A stretch of DNA of 64,000 nt from Malacoraja senta (Eukaryota), in assembly GCA_038087875.1 (NCBI GenBank), contig CM075988.1, positions 11,966,001 through 12,030,000 on the forward strand. Direction: 5' to 3'. The notes under the pieces were generated by a model, which saw only the letters and a list, made by a program, of their open reading frames with translations, ran no database searches and was not told the origin of the DNA. Every line of letters begins with the position of its first letter. Within the stretch, counting starts at the first letter, position 1. Made by a program: the position numbers and the translations under genes. Shown one piece after another: positions 12,174 to 25,143 of the stretch.

Positions 12174-12307
12174 CACATAGCTCAATCCCCCACCCTTTCA
12201 TCCTCCATCCATCCTACAGTGAGAACGTGACTATGATGAACTTCTGGAAACCTTTGCTCTTGCTGATGTTATTGGAAGTCTCAGATCAATTGTGTGTGCT
12301 GAAATTT

Positions 12308-12510
12308 GTTTAGTTTAGTTTATTGCCAAGTGTACCGAGTTGAAATGAAAAGCTTTTTTGTTGCGTGCTGTCAAGTCAGCAGAAAGACTATCCATGATTA
12401 CAATCAAGCCGTCCACAGTGTACAGATACAGGATAAAGAGAACAATGTTCAATGTAAGGTAAAGTCCAACTAAAGGTAGTCAGAGGGTCTCCAGTGAGGT
12501 AGATGGGATG
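12308..12510 (-). mobile_element. 3' end of Rex1/Babar-type retroposon family
   Basis: Same family as 5645-5800. Confidence 0.65.
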
Positions 12511-12603
12511 TCATGTGCAAGCAATGTACGCTGCAGATTTATAGTTGAACCTCCAACACCGTTATCACTCATTTACTGCTCTATATGTTCTCCCTATCAT
12601 TTG

Positions 12604-12904
12604 TTTAGTTGTTCGCTATACAGTTTTTAGATAAACAGGCACTTCGGCCCATTGCGTCTGTGCCAATCAGCAATCCCCGCACATTAACACTATCCCACGC
12701 ACACGAGGGACAATTTACAATTATGCCAAGCTAATTAACCTACAAACCTGTACGTCTTTGGAGTGTGGAAGATAACGGGAATTCTTGGTGAAAACCCACA
12801 CGGGCCATGGGGAGAACGTACAAGGTCCGTACAGATAAGCACCCGTAGTCAGGGTCGAACCCGGGTCCCTGGCACTGTAAGATGGCAACTCTACCACTGT
12901 GCCA
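12604..12904 (-). mobile_element. HE1-type V-SINE
   Basis: Minus strand: TGGCACAGTGGTAGAG (A box), GGTTCGACCC (B box), V-domain GTACGTTCTCCCC...CACACTCCAAAGAC, CR1-type tail. Confidence 0.88.
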
Positions 12905-13813
12905 AGGAATTAGAGGATGCTGGCAAAAAGGACGTTGTTCATTTTTTAGTGATATTTTTTCCTCAAAGGAAACGAGCAAACAATATCGATGAGAGAATTT
13001 GCAAACGCACTTTATTTCACCATCAACAGTGACAAAGCACTATTTGCAAAGGGACCTGCGGTGAATATAAGATCACGGGACTAAATCAGGCAGATGGCTG
13101 GCTGACTCATTGATCTTCCCGCTGACCTTTCTTGGGGTGGATCAGAGTGTTAAGCCAAATTGAGCATTGCCTGTGCCAGAGTATCCTTCCTACTATCTTT
13201 AGCCATTTTCAGAGTGTGCCTGCATCGATTGATTTATCATAACTGTCACAGATCTTCTTAGAAGCCAGCATGGACATAAATCAGGTATGTCCCGATAAAC
13301 ACATTTTTTGTTCCATCTCTAGATTTGTTTTAGCAGCTGTTGACTTGCCATTTCACCACTCAAAGAAAAAAAAGCTCCCATATACACTGCAAATCTTCCT
13401 GTAAACAACATCCTGGAGAAGATCTGATGAAATATCTGGTGCATTCAGTTATTAATATCGATTATGGACTGTGGTCTTCTGCTTGACTTACAGACCATCT
13501 GTGTTTTGCTTCTGTCTTATCGCATCTCTTCCATTTGGCTTCTCGTGGATTTATTAACCCTTTCTCTGCCGGGCAGTTATGATTACTTCGCAGAAAAATT
13601 AAGAGAAATGGGCTGTTTAGGTTATTAGTAACTCTTGTAAACAACAGGACTATAACTTTCCCAGCACTCAGTATGGGGTAAGGATCTTGAAAATATCCTT
13701 TCTGTGTAAGCTATCTTGAAAATAGCTTAAAATCCAAAGTGCATTGTCACTGCAGTTTGAAGAAGTGAATGATTTCTTACATCTATTGGCACTTTGTTTA
13801 TTTTGTCACAACA

Positions 13814-14123
13814 GTTTAGTTTAGAGATACAGCACGGAAACAGGCCCTTCTGCCCACCGTGTCCGCACCGACCAGCGATCCCCGCAAATTAACACTATCC
13901 TACACACACTAAGAACAATTTACATTTATACCAAGCCAATTAATCTACAAACCTGTACGTCTTTGTAGTGTGGGAGGAAACCGAAGATCTCAGAGAAAAC
14001 CCACTCAGTCACGGGGAGAACATGCAAACTCCGTACAGAGAGCAACCGTAGTCGTGATCGAACCCGGGTCTCGGGCACTGCAAGCGCTGTAAGGCAGCAA
14101 CTCTACCGCTGCGCCACCGTGCC
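13814..14123 (-). mobile_element. HE1-type V-SINE, full length
   Basis: GGCACGGTGGCGCAGCGGTAGAG...GGTTCGATC...GGAGTTTGCATGTTCTCCCCGTG...GGGCCTGTTTCCGTGCTGTATCTCTAAACTAAAC. Confidence 0.92.
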
Positions 14124-15164
14124 ATCCTGGCATGTGATGTAAAATAAATTATTGCATCTGTTTCCGGAGCCATGTAGCAGGAAAACCAGCCCTTCGGTTC
14201 ATGGTGTGTGTGTCGAGTCTTCAGCACCCATTGACACTAATCCTACCACACTAATTGTATTTTGTTTTCCCTATATTCTCAAAATTTTACTGTGTTTTTC
14301 CTTGAGCATTGCATTGTTTTTACTGCAGCGTGTCAGTAATTGAAAAATTAATTCCCCACTCATTATACTTAATATCCTATTATCAGTGACACAACTCCAA
14401 GGCTTATTGTACCAGATCAGGAGATGATATTGAAGTTTGTGCATGGGAGATCTGGGATGCATTTCTGTATACTTCCCCTATCTCAGTGATATATTTCTTA
14501 CCACTTTCCTCTCTTAATCCGAAATTTATTGACACAACTTTGGGTTCAACATCAGTCGATGGGTATCAAATGTGCTTCACTTCATGGATAACATTTATTT
14601 GCTGCACTGTGAACCTGATCTTGCCATGAATTTTAGAATTGTGGCAGGCAATGTTTTGAACTGAGTCTAGGAACAAGGTTTCAGCAGCACTTTCTTCCAA
14701 TCCAAGTGTGGTTTGTTAACCCGTGATGTACCACCTCAATATGCTTCCTTCAACCATTCATGCCCCTTCTTCTCCTAACAAATCTCAATACAGGAAAATA
14801 GTGAGTGTAAAGTATTTGGGATGTATCCCTAAACGTCATACCTCAACTATCCTCAGAGAAAAAGCTCAGTTCATTAGTAAGCTTTTTAAGAAATATTTCT
14901 TTTTCTAAATGGCTGCATTTTTATTCCCTGGTTTCTACTTTATGGACATTTTATCCTTCCAACAGAAATGATAAGTGCATTAAGAAACCATGGAGACAGA
15001 AAGGCAAAGGCATAATTACTTGAAGGTGGTTCCATCCATTAATATTGGGTGGAAATTTTTATTTTTGTACTGATGAATTTGCAAACCTCCTTAGTTTCCC
15101 CGTGCGTATTGGTTGTTTAATTCTGCTGAATGAAGTGTTGAAATAGAGGCATTTTTGTAATAAA

Positions 15165-15305
15165 CTACAGAACAGTGCAGCACATGAACGAGACCTTTGG
15201 CCCACAATGTCTGTGCCAAACATGATGCCAAGATCATCTCTTATCTATAATTCATATTCCTCCATTCCCTGCTTTTCCATATGCCTATCCAAAAATCTCC
15301 TAATT
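15165..15305 (-). mobile_element. CR1 3' tail fragment
   Basis: AGAACAGTGCAGCAC...TTTGGCCCACAATGTCTGTGCC...CCTCCATTCCCTG. Confidence 0.7.
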
Positions 15306-15635
15306 GCTAGCTATTTTAAGCACTTAATCTGTCAGTGTGTACGTTCAAGGTAGTCACTTCACTATTTGACTGATTATTTATTAAGTTATTAATCTTCAGG
15401 ACAATATGCAGCAGTTAACTACCATAGCTACAATCATATAAATCAGAAATGCTTGTATCAATGTTCAAATCCATTCATTAATGTTTATTCTTACATTTTT
15501 TTTGTGATGCTTGCAATGGAGTTGCTGTATCGGGCTACTCGTACAAAACCTGGACTTGGAAATCAATGTTTTGTCTGTCTTCATGCAGAAGTTATTACAA
15601 AACAGTATTTAAGCTGTCTTGTCTTTCTGGACTAG

Positions 15636-15798
15636 AATATTGTCCGCGAAAAATATGTGCACATCTGGCAAACGAGTAAAGCTGCTGGCTGCACGTTTCC
15701 GATGGTGAAACCTGCAAAGAAAAAGCTCTGTACATGTTCTGAGACACTAACTGAGAATTTGTTATTGAAGTCCAACTGCTTCTTGAGAAATGAATCCG
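15636..15798 (+). other. Candidate internal exon (unidentified; open phase-0 frame)
   Basis: Acceptor CTGTCTTGTCTTTCTGGACTAG, donor CCG|GTGAGC, 163 nt, one open frame NIVREKYVHIWQTSKAAGCTFPMVKPAKKKLCTCSETLTENLLLKSNCFLRNES. Confidence 0.3.
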
Positions 15799-16699
15799 GT
15801 GAGCATTTGTAATAGGAATAAAGTGGTTCAGTGGAAAATGTTATGGGAATGCGCTGGGCTGCTGAGAAGTTATGGACTGGTTTGGAGGTATTCTGCAGGT
15901 AGTAGAAACTAAAATTGAAGTGATTCCACCACCCAGCATGTAATTCACAGTGGTAAAGCCTTCCGTTATATTACCATCTGTCCTTTTGTGTAATTCTGTC
16001 ATTTTTGCATTGATTACACAACCTATCTCCATAAGTGACAGAAATATCTTGAGTAATTTTCTGTTCCAGTTTAAATATTTAGCCGGCAGATTTCTAAATC
16101 TAATAACAGTTTCATCAATCAAAACCTTAGAGGACATTATCCAACACTGTGTAATATCTAGGTGCAGATAAACAATTTTGTGAATCGTTTCCCAAAAGCA
16201 GATGTTGAGATAATATGTTCCTCGATGAGATTATCTGAAAGAAGCTAAAAAAAAAGATGAAAGGTTTGCCAATGTCAATAACCCTATTTTTAAAAGATTT
16301 GCCAACATTAGCATTGTTTCTTGTATAAAATCCATAGCAACAATTCAGGTTTGTTCCTTACTGTTAAACGTGAGCAAGAATAGACACAAAGTCCGGGCAC
16401 TTGGTTCTATTTTCATTAAATCGGGTCATCTCATAGAGAAGCAAACCCTTCAGCCAAGCATAGCCATGGTGACCATGAAATACTATCCAATTTTCTAGTA
16501 TTTAGCCCATAAACATCAATGGGCTGTTATTTCTGGTTATTTACAGATCTCTTAATGTTACATGAATGTCTGCCTCCAATACCCTCTCATGAAATGCATT
16601 CCAGCTGCCAACCATCATCTGGTTAAAATCATACATCATTGAATCCACCTAATCCACTTACCTCTTATTGTTATCCTATGTCTTTTTGGTTTCGACTGG

Positions 16700-17380
16700 T
16701 CCGGCTGCATTTGGAATATTGAATGCAGTTCTGGCCTATTACAGGAAGGATGTGGAGGCTTTTGAGAGAGAGAGAGCCAGAGAGGTTTACCAGAACGCTG
16801 CCTTGATTAAGAAATGAATTAATAAATGGGGAGAAGGCAGGAGAATGGAGTTAGGAGGGAGAAATAGATCAGCCATGATTGAATGGTGGAGTAGACTTGA
16901 TGGGCCGAATGGCCTAATTCTACTCCTATTCCTTATGACGTTATGATTAGGTGCCATTAACGACAAGGAGAGGTTGGATAAACTTGGATTGTTTTCTCTG
17001 AAATGCAAGAGGCTGAGGGGAGACCTGATAGAAGTTTCTAAAATTATGAGAGGTGTAGTAAGTGTAGGCTGTCAAAACCTGCTTCCTAGTGGAAATGTCA
17101 AAAACCAGAATGCATGGATTTAAGATGATAGGGGCAAAGTTGAAAGGAGACATGTGGGGCAAGTTTTTACACAGTGGTGGTGATGGATGCGTTCAACATA
17201 ATGCCACGGGTTGTGGTAGCGGCTGATACAATATAAGAGGCTTTCTGATAGGTACAGAGATATGCAGTAAATGGAATGATATGGATCTTGTGCAAGCAGA
17301 TTAAATTAGTTTATCTTGCATTATGTTCGACACAGATATTAGAGTAGAAACATTTGTGATGTACTGTCCTATGTTCTATG
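16700..17380 (+). mobile_element. CR1 3' fragment with nested CR1 tail (16826-16946)
   Basis: RLHLEY*MQFWP, KLGLFSLKCKRLRGDLIEV; insert GGGGAGAAGGCAGGAGAATGG...GGCCTAATTC. Confidence 0.82.
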
Positions 17381-17884
17381 TTACGTATCCACTAACTCAT
17401 CCACCTCCCTGGTTATCCTGGCATCCACCTCCACCAGGAGTAATTTACAATTGCCAATTAACTCCACATCTTTGACTGCTTAACTCTTAAAGGAATAATA
17501 TAGACCAGGTACAACTACAGATTAGTTTATTGTCCTCCACATCAGGGTGCAAGAAATTACTGGTGCTCAAGACATTCACAAAGTAAAATGGAAACTATAC
17601 AGCAATGATAGATCAACAATAAGTAATGACCAGAGAAAGCAGCAACATGGTACAAGAAGGCAATGCAAAACCAAACAGTGCAAGGGAATATTGAAGTACA
17701 ATAATAGAAGAACCAATGAGAATACATGGCAGCTCTTCTCGGAATGGAGTGTGAAAGCAATGATTGTTCCACGAATGTGAGCGTAGTGAGCACCTCGTGT
17801 TTTAGCCTCTTGTCGGCGGCAGGAGCAGCAACAGCAGACGATCAGAACGGCTGAAATTAGATTGATGGATGGTGCAATATGCTT

Positions 17885-18040
17885 GTTTTAGTTTTAGAGA
17901 TACAGCGCGGAAACAGGCCCTTCGGCCCACCAGTTCCGTGCCAACCAGCGATCCCCGCATATTAACACTCTCCTACACACACTAGGGACAATTTACACTT
18001 ATACCAAGCTAATTAACCTGCATACCTGTACATCTTTGGA
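17885..18040 (-). mobile_element. HE1-type V-SINE, 3' half
   Basis: TTTAGAGATACAGCGCGGAAACAGGCCCTTCGGCCC... Confidence 0.85.
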
Positions 18041-18260
18041 TTCGTAATGGTGGTGCAGCATTGCTCTAGAATGTTAACACTGACTTGAGATAGGAGACTT
18101 GATGATGTTATTAAGAGGATCCATTCCTGAGGTTAGCCTGATTGAAGTCACTCATTTTACTGAACAGGTTTGCAGGAGCTGATCAGTAGAATTAGTCCAA
18201 TGCCACCTGTTGTTGGCCTCGGGTGATATGTAGACCACCAACAAGATGGTAGAGATGAAT

Positions 18261-18566
18261 TTTAGTTTAGTTTAGATCTACAACGTGGAAGGTGGCCTTT
18301 TTGGCCGACGGAGTTTGTGCCAACCAACGATCGCCCGTACAGTAGGCCTATCCTACACACTAGGGACAATTTGCAAAATGCAATTAACCAACAACCTGCA
18401 CATCTTTGGAACATGGGAGGAAACCAGAGCACCTGGAGCAATCTCACGTGGTCACGGGGAGAACGTATAAACCCCGTACGGACAGCATCCATAGTCAGGA
18501 TTGAACCCAGTTCTCTGGCGCTGTCAGGCCTGTAAGCAACTGTGCTGCTGCGCTGCTGTGCCACCC
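18261..18566 (-). mobile_element. HE1-type V-SINE
   Basis: Tail, V-domain and tRNA head all present; explains ORFs 18262-18657, 18285-18470 and 18317-18535. Confidence 0.85.
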
Positions 18567-18714
18567 TTGACTTTGATATAAATAAAAGCGATAAAAGCAC
18601 TTCTTTCGCAAATGTATTCCAGGTCAGGGGAGGAGAATTGAGTTCAGTGCACCACAAAGCATTGACCAGAAAGCCACCTTTCCCCTTGCCTGAGCATTCA
18701 GTACGGTCTATATG

Positions 18715-18900
18715 ATAAATGAAGAAGCCCTTGGGTTATATGGCTGGGTCAGGTAAGTCAGGGGTGAGCCATGTATCTGTGAAGCAGAGAACACAGCAGT
18801 CTCTGATCTCTCTTTAAAACAGCAGTTTGGCTCTAAGCTTTTCAAGCTTGTCCTTGAGTGGAGTGATTGAACATTAGTTAGAAATATGTGGGTAGGTGGG
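18715..18900 (-). mobile_element. Rex1/Babar APE endonuclease N-terminal remnant
   Basis: IFLTNVQSL, then frameshifted RDCCVLCFTDTWLTPDLPDPAI*P.GF. Confidence 0.72.
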
Positions 18901-19779
18901 GGGGGGGGGGGGAATAAGTCATTAAAGTCGTACCAGTAGCTCCCCTCCCTCACCAATAATGCCACCCTTACTTGTTTTGTTTGTACTCCTGGCTGTGCCA
19001 GTTGTGTCGAGTCAAATAAAGATTTATAGTTCTGAGAGATGCTTTGATTTAGGCGAGGAGACAGGAGATGTTCAGCACTGGAACTGGTAAGAAGAAGCAA
19101 TCATAACACATTGATTAAAAAGGAGCTTCATGTAAAATGTCGCCACAATCCTGCACCATGTTAAGAGGGGGACCCTCATTTGGGTATGCCAACCGAATAG
19201 CATGTTAATTGGATGAACACAGGGAATAGATATATTAATCATCTCTTTAATGCAACAAATGATAAATGTGTCTCTGAAAATCAAGGATGGGACCAGTGTC
19301 CTCAGTGCATGATCTCTGGATCTGTCCACTGCAGCAGAAAATAATTGACAATGGATGCTGAGGATACTCATTTTGAATTGTAAGAACTGGTAAACATGAA
19401 GGATGTTCTTATAATAGGAAAATGCATTTTAGTACAGGTTAAATATGAGTTATTACATCTTGTAAGGAAACATAAGGAGGTTATCTACTATCTGGAAACA
19501 CTAAAATCCAAGTAGGAAAGATGTTGAGAGGTTTAGAGATACCAAATTTAGCTATGCTTTTCATTGACACAACATCGGAGAGAAGCTGAGTCCTTGGGTA
19601 TATTTCAAGAGGAATAAACCTAAGAACAAGGGATTACGCTAATCATAAGATATAGTTGCTTGGAGCACCAGTAATGTATGCTTTAATGAAGATAGAGAAG
19701 CTGAAGAGTATACTGAGAAAAATTGTGTATAATAATAAAAAGGAAGATTTACAATGTACCATTCAGAAACTTTCATGCA

Positions 19780-20085
19780 TCTTATAGTCAACAAATTACT
19801 TAAGGTGTTGTCAAAGGACAAGTTGCAGCCATTTCTTGGTCTGCAAAATTCCACAAACATGAACTGGATAATGTTTTGATATTTTTTAGTGATGTTGATT
19901 GAGGATAGATAATGGTCTGATCTTGAGGGATAGCTTTCTGTTCTTCATCAACATAGTAGCAAAGGGTGCGAGAAGAATAGACATGGCCTTGGTTTGACTG
20001 TCTATCTGAAAGGCAGCACATCCTAAGTAATGCACCAGAGTATAGATTTCTGACGTTGCATCTCTCGCTTGGGATTTTAACATTG
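19780..20085 (-). mobile_element. Ancient Deu-SINE (SacSINE1-like), second copy
   Basis: TTTTAGTGATGTTGATTGAGGATAGATAAT and GCCTTGGTTTGACTGTCTATCTGAAAGGCAGCAC are reverse complements of recalled Deu-domain blocks. Confidence 0.68.
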
Positions 20086-20134
20086 GATCAACCATGTAGC
20101 GATTGCATAATGCAATTGGCGGAACAGCGCTTCA

Positions 20135-20528
20135 TATTTTGCTTGAACAGCTTAGGGTCTAGTGGTATGAATATTGATTTCTCTAACTTCAAGTAACCCT
20201 TGCATTCCCTCTCAGTCCCTCCTCCATCCTAGTCATCCGACTAGTATCACTGCCGTCCTGCTTAGTTTCACTGTTTACAGTATATCCACTCGTTATCACC
20301 TTCTCCACAGCCAACAATAGACCATTGTGGACTCAACCTTTCCTTGATCTGGCTGACTTTGATTTGTTCTTTTCATACCTTTCATTCATTTGTTCTTTGT
20401 ACCTTTTCATACCTTTCCCTCTCCCCTGACTCTCTGAAGAAGAGTCTCGACCTGAAATGTCATCTATTCCTTTTCTCCAGAGATACTGCCTGACCCACTG
20501 AGTTACTCCAGCATTCCGTGTCTATCTT
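20135..20528 (+). mobile_element. PLE 3' end (endonuclease tail, UTR, hammerhead unit)
   Basis: AGTGGTATGAATATTGATTTCTCTAACTTCAAGTAA (SGMNIDFSNFK*) then CTGAAGAAGAGTCTCGACCTGAAATGTC. Confidence 0.85.
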
Positions 20529-20599
20529 GCATATTACAGACCTGGGGACGATGAATGTGCAGAGGATGGACTGTGCTATCATTGTGTACATTATGGATA

Positions 20600-21015
20600 A
20601 TAATAGGTTTAATGTTGTAGTTCCTTCGAGCACGTTTAAACAGCCTGGATCTTTCTTGTGAAAATGGAAGGCTTGAAATTGACTAAATAGAAGTCCTTAC
20701 TTATCATTCTGAGTTTTCTAAATTTAGTTTGATCGAGATAAATATTTCCATGAGAGAAATAATAAAACACGGACATCAGCAAAAAACAAAAAGCAAAATC
20801 AAATAGAATTCAGTCATAACTTCTTTATCCAGAGTATTGTGAGAATGAGCTCACACCCACAGGAAGCAGTTGAGGTGAGTGTTACAGATGCTTTTAAGGG
20901 GACGATAGCTCAGCATGTGTAAGGGATTAGAGGGTAAGCTGCTTGAGTTAGATGATGAGGAGAAATCTTAAGCAGAGCTGAAATCACAACAGGCCTAGTT
21001 CTGTGCTCCATATTC
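20600..21015 (+). mobile_element. Highly decayed CR1 3' fragment
   Basis: AACTTCTTTATCCAGAG..GTGAGAATG...GAAGCAGTTGAGG...GGCCTAGTTCTGTGCT. Confidence 0.5.
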
Positions 21016-22404
21016 CTATAATTCTCTGTGAAGTCTTTGATATCACCAGCCTAAACCTCTTTTATTATTCTGTGACTTGGTGACTGCATTTGGCAATCTC
21101 TTTTCTAAACCATCTTCTTTGCTGTTCTTTAATTTTTCATCATGCTGATTTTGTCTTTGAATCTTTAAGTAGATGACCGCTTTGAACATGCCAACGGCCA
21201 ACTAAGATTTCCTGCCCCCCACCCCCCACCCTCCACCCCTTCCCCCTTCCTTTCCATTCCATGTAAACATTGTTAACAGCTGTTTAAGAGGCCTTAAAAT
21301 ATCAGGTTGCACTTCCTTCTTTCAGATTGTGACTGGTATTTTCCAACACTGGTCCATTCTAATTTCTGGCAATTCAAAATCCATTTGATTATGTTATTCA
21401 ATTAATATTTGTAGCGTGTGTCGATTATGCATTTTCAGCATAAAATCCATAGTGTGAGAAAATTCTCATTTTTGCAATTTGACAATCTTTGTTTGCAATT
21501 GAACAGCAGGCAGTGATTGCTGCAAATTGAAAAAAAAAAGTTTAAAAATAATTGTCAGATTACAGGAACTAAAATTTGCATAATAAATATTTGGCATCAT
21601 GCATTATTTATCTTTTCATATTGGGACTGTGGCAGCATCCTGCAGGGTTTTACTATTCAAGCAATTGACTATTTCCCAATGCTTTTTCCAAACAGTGCCA
21701 AGGTATTGTTTTCCTCAGTTGTCCTTGTCCCCAGTAGGTGAGGAGGCAGGGTGCTTTATTTTTCTTGGAACCATTTGCCATAACTAACGTACATAATGAA
21801 CCTACTTCCCACCATCCTGGTTTCGTGTCAGTTGAGTGCCATCTGTTCAATCCCTTATTTTCGTTTCAATCCCTTATGATTTCTCATTTGAGTGACTTCT
21901 GCTTATTTATTTCCTGCCTTGATGAGCCTTTAATTTTCCTCCCAAATGCATCTTGCAAATATTTGAGATGTGCTCAGCATCGCCATCTCTTTGAAACTTC
22001 AGCTTCAAGCATAACCTTGTAAGAAGTTCACGAAGCTGATCAGTTAGCAGGAGGCCCATTGTGTTCCTGTCTGTGTTTTACGCAGAACAGATTCCTGTTC
22101 CAATCTCCTCGACTGTTAAAATCATTGTCCTTCCTTTCACTGTCCTGTTCCCTTTTTGTAACTCCAAAATGATGCTATGTTCTCTTACGTGGCAAATAAT
22201 ACTGTTGGCCTGCATTTTATTCAAAATATTTCTCCTCCCATTCTGTGACATTAAAAATGTGTCTACCTGTTCTTGAATCTTTTGCTGATGGGGACAGCTT
22301 CCCTCTGTTACTCCATCTGTCGACCCCTTATCAAATCCTCTCATCCTTTCCTGCAAGGATTAAAACCCCCTGCTTCTCCATTCAAATCTTCGAACCCATG
22401 AAGC

Positions 22405-22890
22405 ACGTAGAACAGTACAGCAAAGGAACAGGCCCTTCAGCCCACCATGCCTGCTCTGATCATGATGTCAAATTAAACTCATAGTTTCTGTCTGCATATG
22501 GCCTGTGTCCCTCTAGTCTCTGCCTGTTTGTGTCTGTTTAAATGCCTCTTACCTGCTTCTACTATCTCCCCAAGCAGTCTGTTACAGGCAAGCAGGACTT
22601 TATAAAGGGAAAAAAATACTTGCGTTACAAATCTCCTTTAAACTCACCTTAAAGGTAGACAAAAATGCTTGAGAAACTCAGCGGGTGAGGCAGCATCTAT
22701 GGACAGAACATATGTCTAGTAGTTGACACGTTCATCCCCTGGGAAAAATATGTAGATTATCTGACATGTCTCTCATAATTCTATGCACTTCCACAGGTCG
22801 TTCCACTGTCTCCTAGGCTCCAGAGATAATATTCCAGGTTTGTAGCTAAATTCTTAATGTCTGGAATTATTCCAGTAAACCCTTCTGTTC
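22405..22890 (-). mobile_element. Decayed CR1 3' fragment with nested partial PLE unit (22652-22705)
   Basis: AGAACAGTACAGCAAAGGAACAGGCCCTTCAGCCC tail; insert GGTAGACAAAAATGCTTGAGAAACTCAGCGGGTGAGGCAGCATCT. Confidence 0.7.
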
Positions 22891-23439
22891 CAAATAGACA
22901 TTTGTTTTAAAGCAGTTGGCCTTTTTATTTCAATCCCAATAACAACTAGTGGATGTTAAGACATTTTAAATAATAAGCCAATGTTTTTCCACTACTAATG
23001 TCTGATTTCATTCCCTGGGCAGCTTTCGTGGCTGTCAGACCTAAATGAATAAAAAAGTGTGCATTTGGGCCAAATGAGGTTGTAAGTAGTTGGTTGCCTA
23101 AGTGCAGCTGAAAGCCAGGAATATAGTCCTCATTATTTATTTACATGCAGACAAACCAATTTAAAGCACTTCACTGCAGCTGTGTAGTGTTGAAAAACTA
23201 AATGTGCATAATGCAGTTAGTATTGTTTACTTCATTAATGAACTTTTAATTACAACATGCCTTAACCCCATTTATGCAACATTTTAGTCAAAACTGAGGT
23301 CATCATTCAATGCTATTTTCTCAAATAAAATAAATCTGGAGGGTTTTCTACATTTAAAGGTTGGTTGAGAAAATCAGTAGAAGACAAACTGCTTGGCTTT
23401 CTTTATGCTGGTTCTGACTTAGCTCTTCCTGGTAGAGTC

Positions 23440-23757
23440 GGCAGTCTGAACCGTTCTCTCAGGATGGAAAAATCAAATGCTAGAAGGCGTAGCTTTAAGA
23501 TGAGAGGGGCAAAGTTTAAAGGATTTAACTTTTAACACGGTGGGCGGTGAATGCCTGGAACACATTGCCAGGTTTAGTGGTTGAGGGATATATGATAATG
23601 GCATTTAAGAAACATTTGGATAGGCATGTGGATAAGCAGGAAATGGAAGGATATGGATTACGTGCAAGTAGATAAGAGACAGTCTTGGCATCATATTTGG
23701 CACAGACATTGTGGGCTGAAGGGCCTGTTCGTGTGCTGTACTGTTCTATGTTCTATG
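23440..23757 (+). mobile_element. CR1 3' fragment
   Basis: Ends GGGCTGAAGGGCCTGTTCGTGTGCTGTACTGTTCTATGTTCTATG. Confidence 0.85.
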
Positions 23758-24299
23758 ATCTTCACGTTGAGTCATTGGCAACTTCATCAAGTGCAATCCT
23801 CAGGTTGTACCCTGTAGATATCAGCTAGCAAGTGGAATCAGTACTGAATTCCTGAACCCTAACTTTTCCCTCTGCCTATCTTTCGATGTGACAATATTGA
23901 ATCATTGGTATCATTTTTCATTCCTAAGGCCACTGCCTTCACTTTCTGCCCCATTGAACTTGGTTTGGTCTCATACTAAGTTTCAAACAATGAAGCAGTG
24001 TTGCAATATGAAGCAATATGTGGAGCTACCATGATGAAAATATGATTTCGCCAAGTAGGAGTTCATGGATTATAACATAGAAATTCCTGAGATGGTCACT
24101 TTATAGGAATAGCATTCTTGAATGTGAGCAACTTACTGATGAAGGGTGCTGCCATATCCACCCACAACAGTGTCCTTTTGCACACCCCCACAGACATTTG
24201 TTAATCTCCCTTTCAATTTTTGTCTGAATTGGTGATAGAACAACTAACTTGTAAAATGTTTTCAATAAACCTTCTCGTTTATCTGTTCTGGTCCTTGCC

Positions 24300-25143
24300 T
24301 TTCACCCCACTAGCCTCCGCCTGCATCCAGCATATAATTTCCGCCACTTTCAATTCACCTCAGAGACCACACGTTACACCACCGTTTGGCTCGTTCATCT
24401 CCTCAACCACCTTTCCCCCACCACCCAAGGAACTCTTCCCTGCAACTACAGGAGATGTAACACCTATCCTCTACTGCTCCTTCCTCGTCTCCATTCAACT
24501 ACCCCAAACAGCCTTTCCAGCTGGGACAGAGGTTTGCATGAAACTCCTCCAGCCTAGCCTGCTGCATTTGGTGCTCTCCATCTGACCTCCTCAACATGTC
24601 TGAAATAATGGTTAGACAAGGTGACCACTTTGACAAACACATGCTCCGTCCGCCAGGGCCAGCTGACCTTTCTGTTCAGAACCCAATTGAATTCCCTTCC
24701 TTTCGCAGACTGATCTGTCTAGCTTCCCCAGGTCCCCCTCTTCCATCTACTCATCTTCCACCCTGCCCCCTCGACCTCCCTCATCCCTCCCTCTGAATCA
24801 ATATTTCAGTCTCCACCTTCCTTCCTTCTCAGAGGTTCTGTCTTTCGTCTTTTCCACTTATCACCTCCATCCTTGGTTACTATCTCCCCACCTCTCCCCC
24901 ACTTAACTCGCATGCCAACAACCCCTTCACACATGGACCCACCTATCACTCACTATCTCTTGTTCCACACCTTCACCCATCACCTCTTTCTGCTGGCTGG
25001 CTGCCCTCTACTCTTTAAGTTGGAAGATTGGTACCGACCAGAAACGTCGTCAGTCCATTTCCCTCCACAGCTGCTGCCTGACCCGTTGAGTTCTTCCAGC
25101 AGTTTGGTTTTTGCTCAAAATGTCCGCATCCGCAGTCTCTTGT
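24300..25143 (+). mobile_element. Older decayed PLE (endonuclease region, UTR, hammerhead unit)
   Basis: FPCNYRRCNT remnant at ~24436, GACCACTTTGACAAACAC, pyrimidine UTR, then GAAACGTC...GCTGCCTGACCCGTTGAGTTCTTCCAGCA. Confidence 0.75.
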
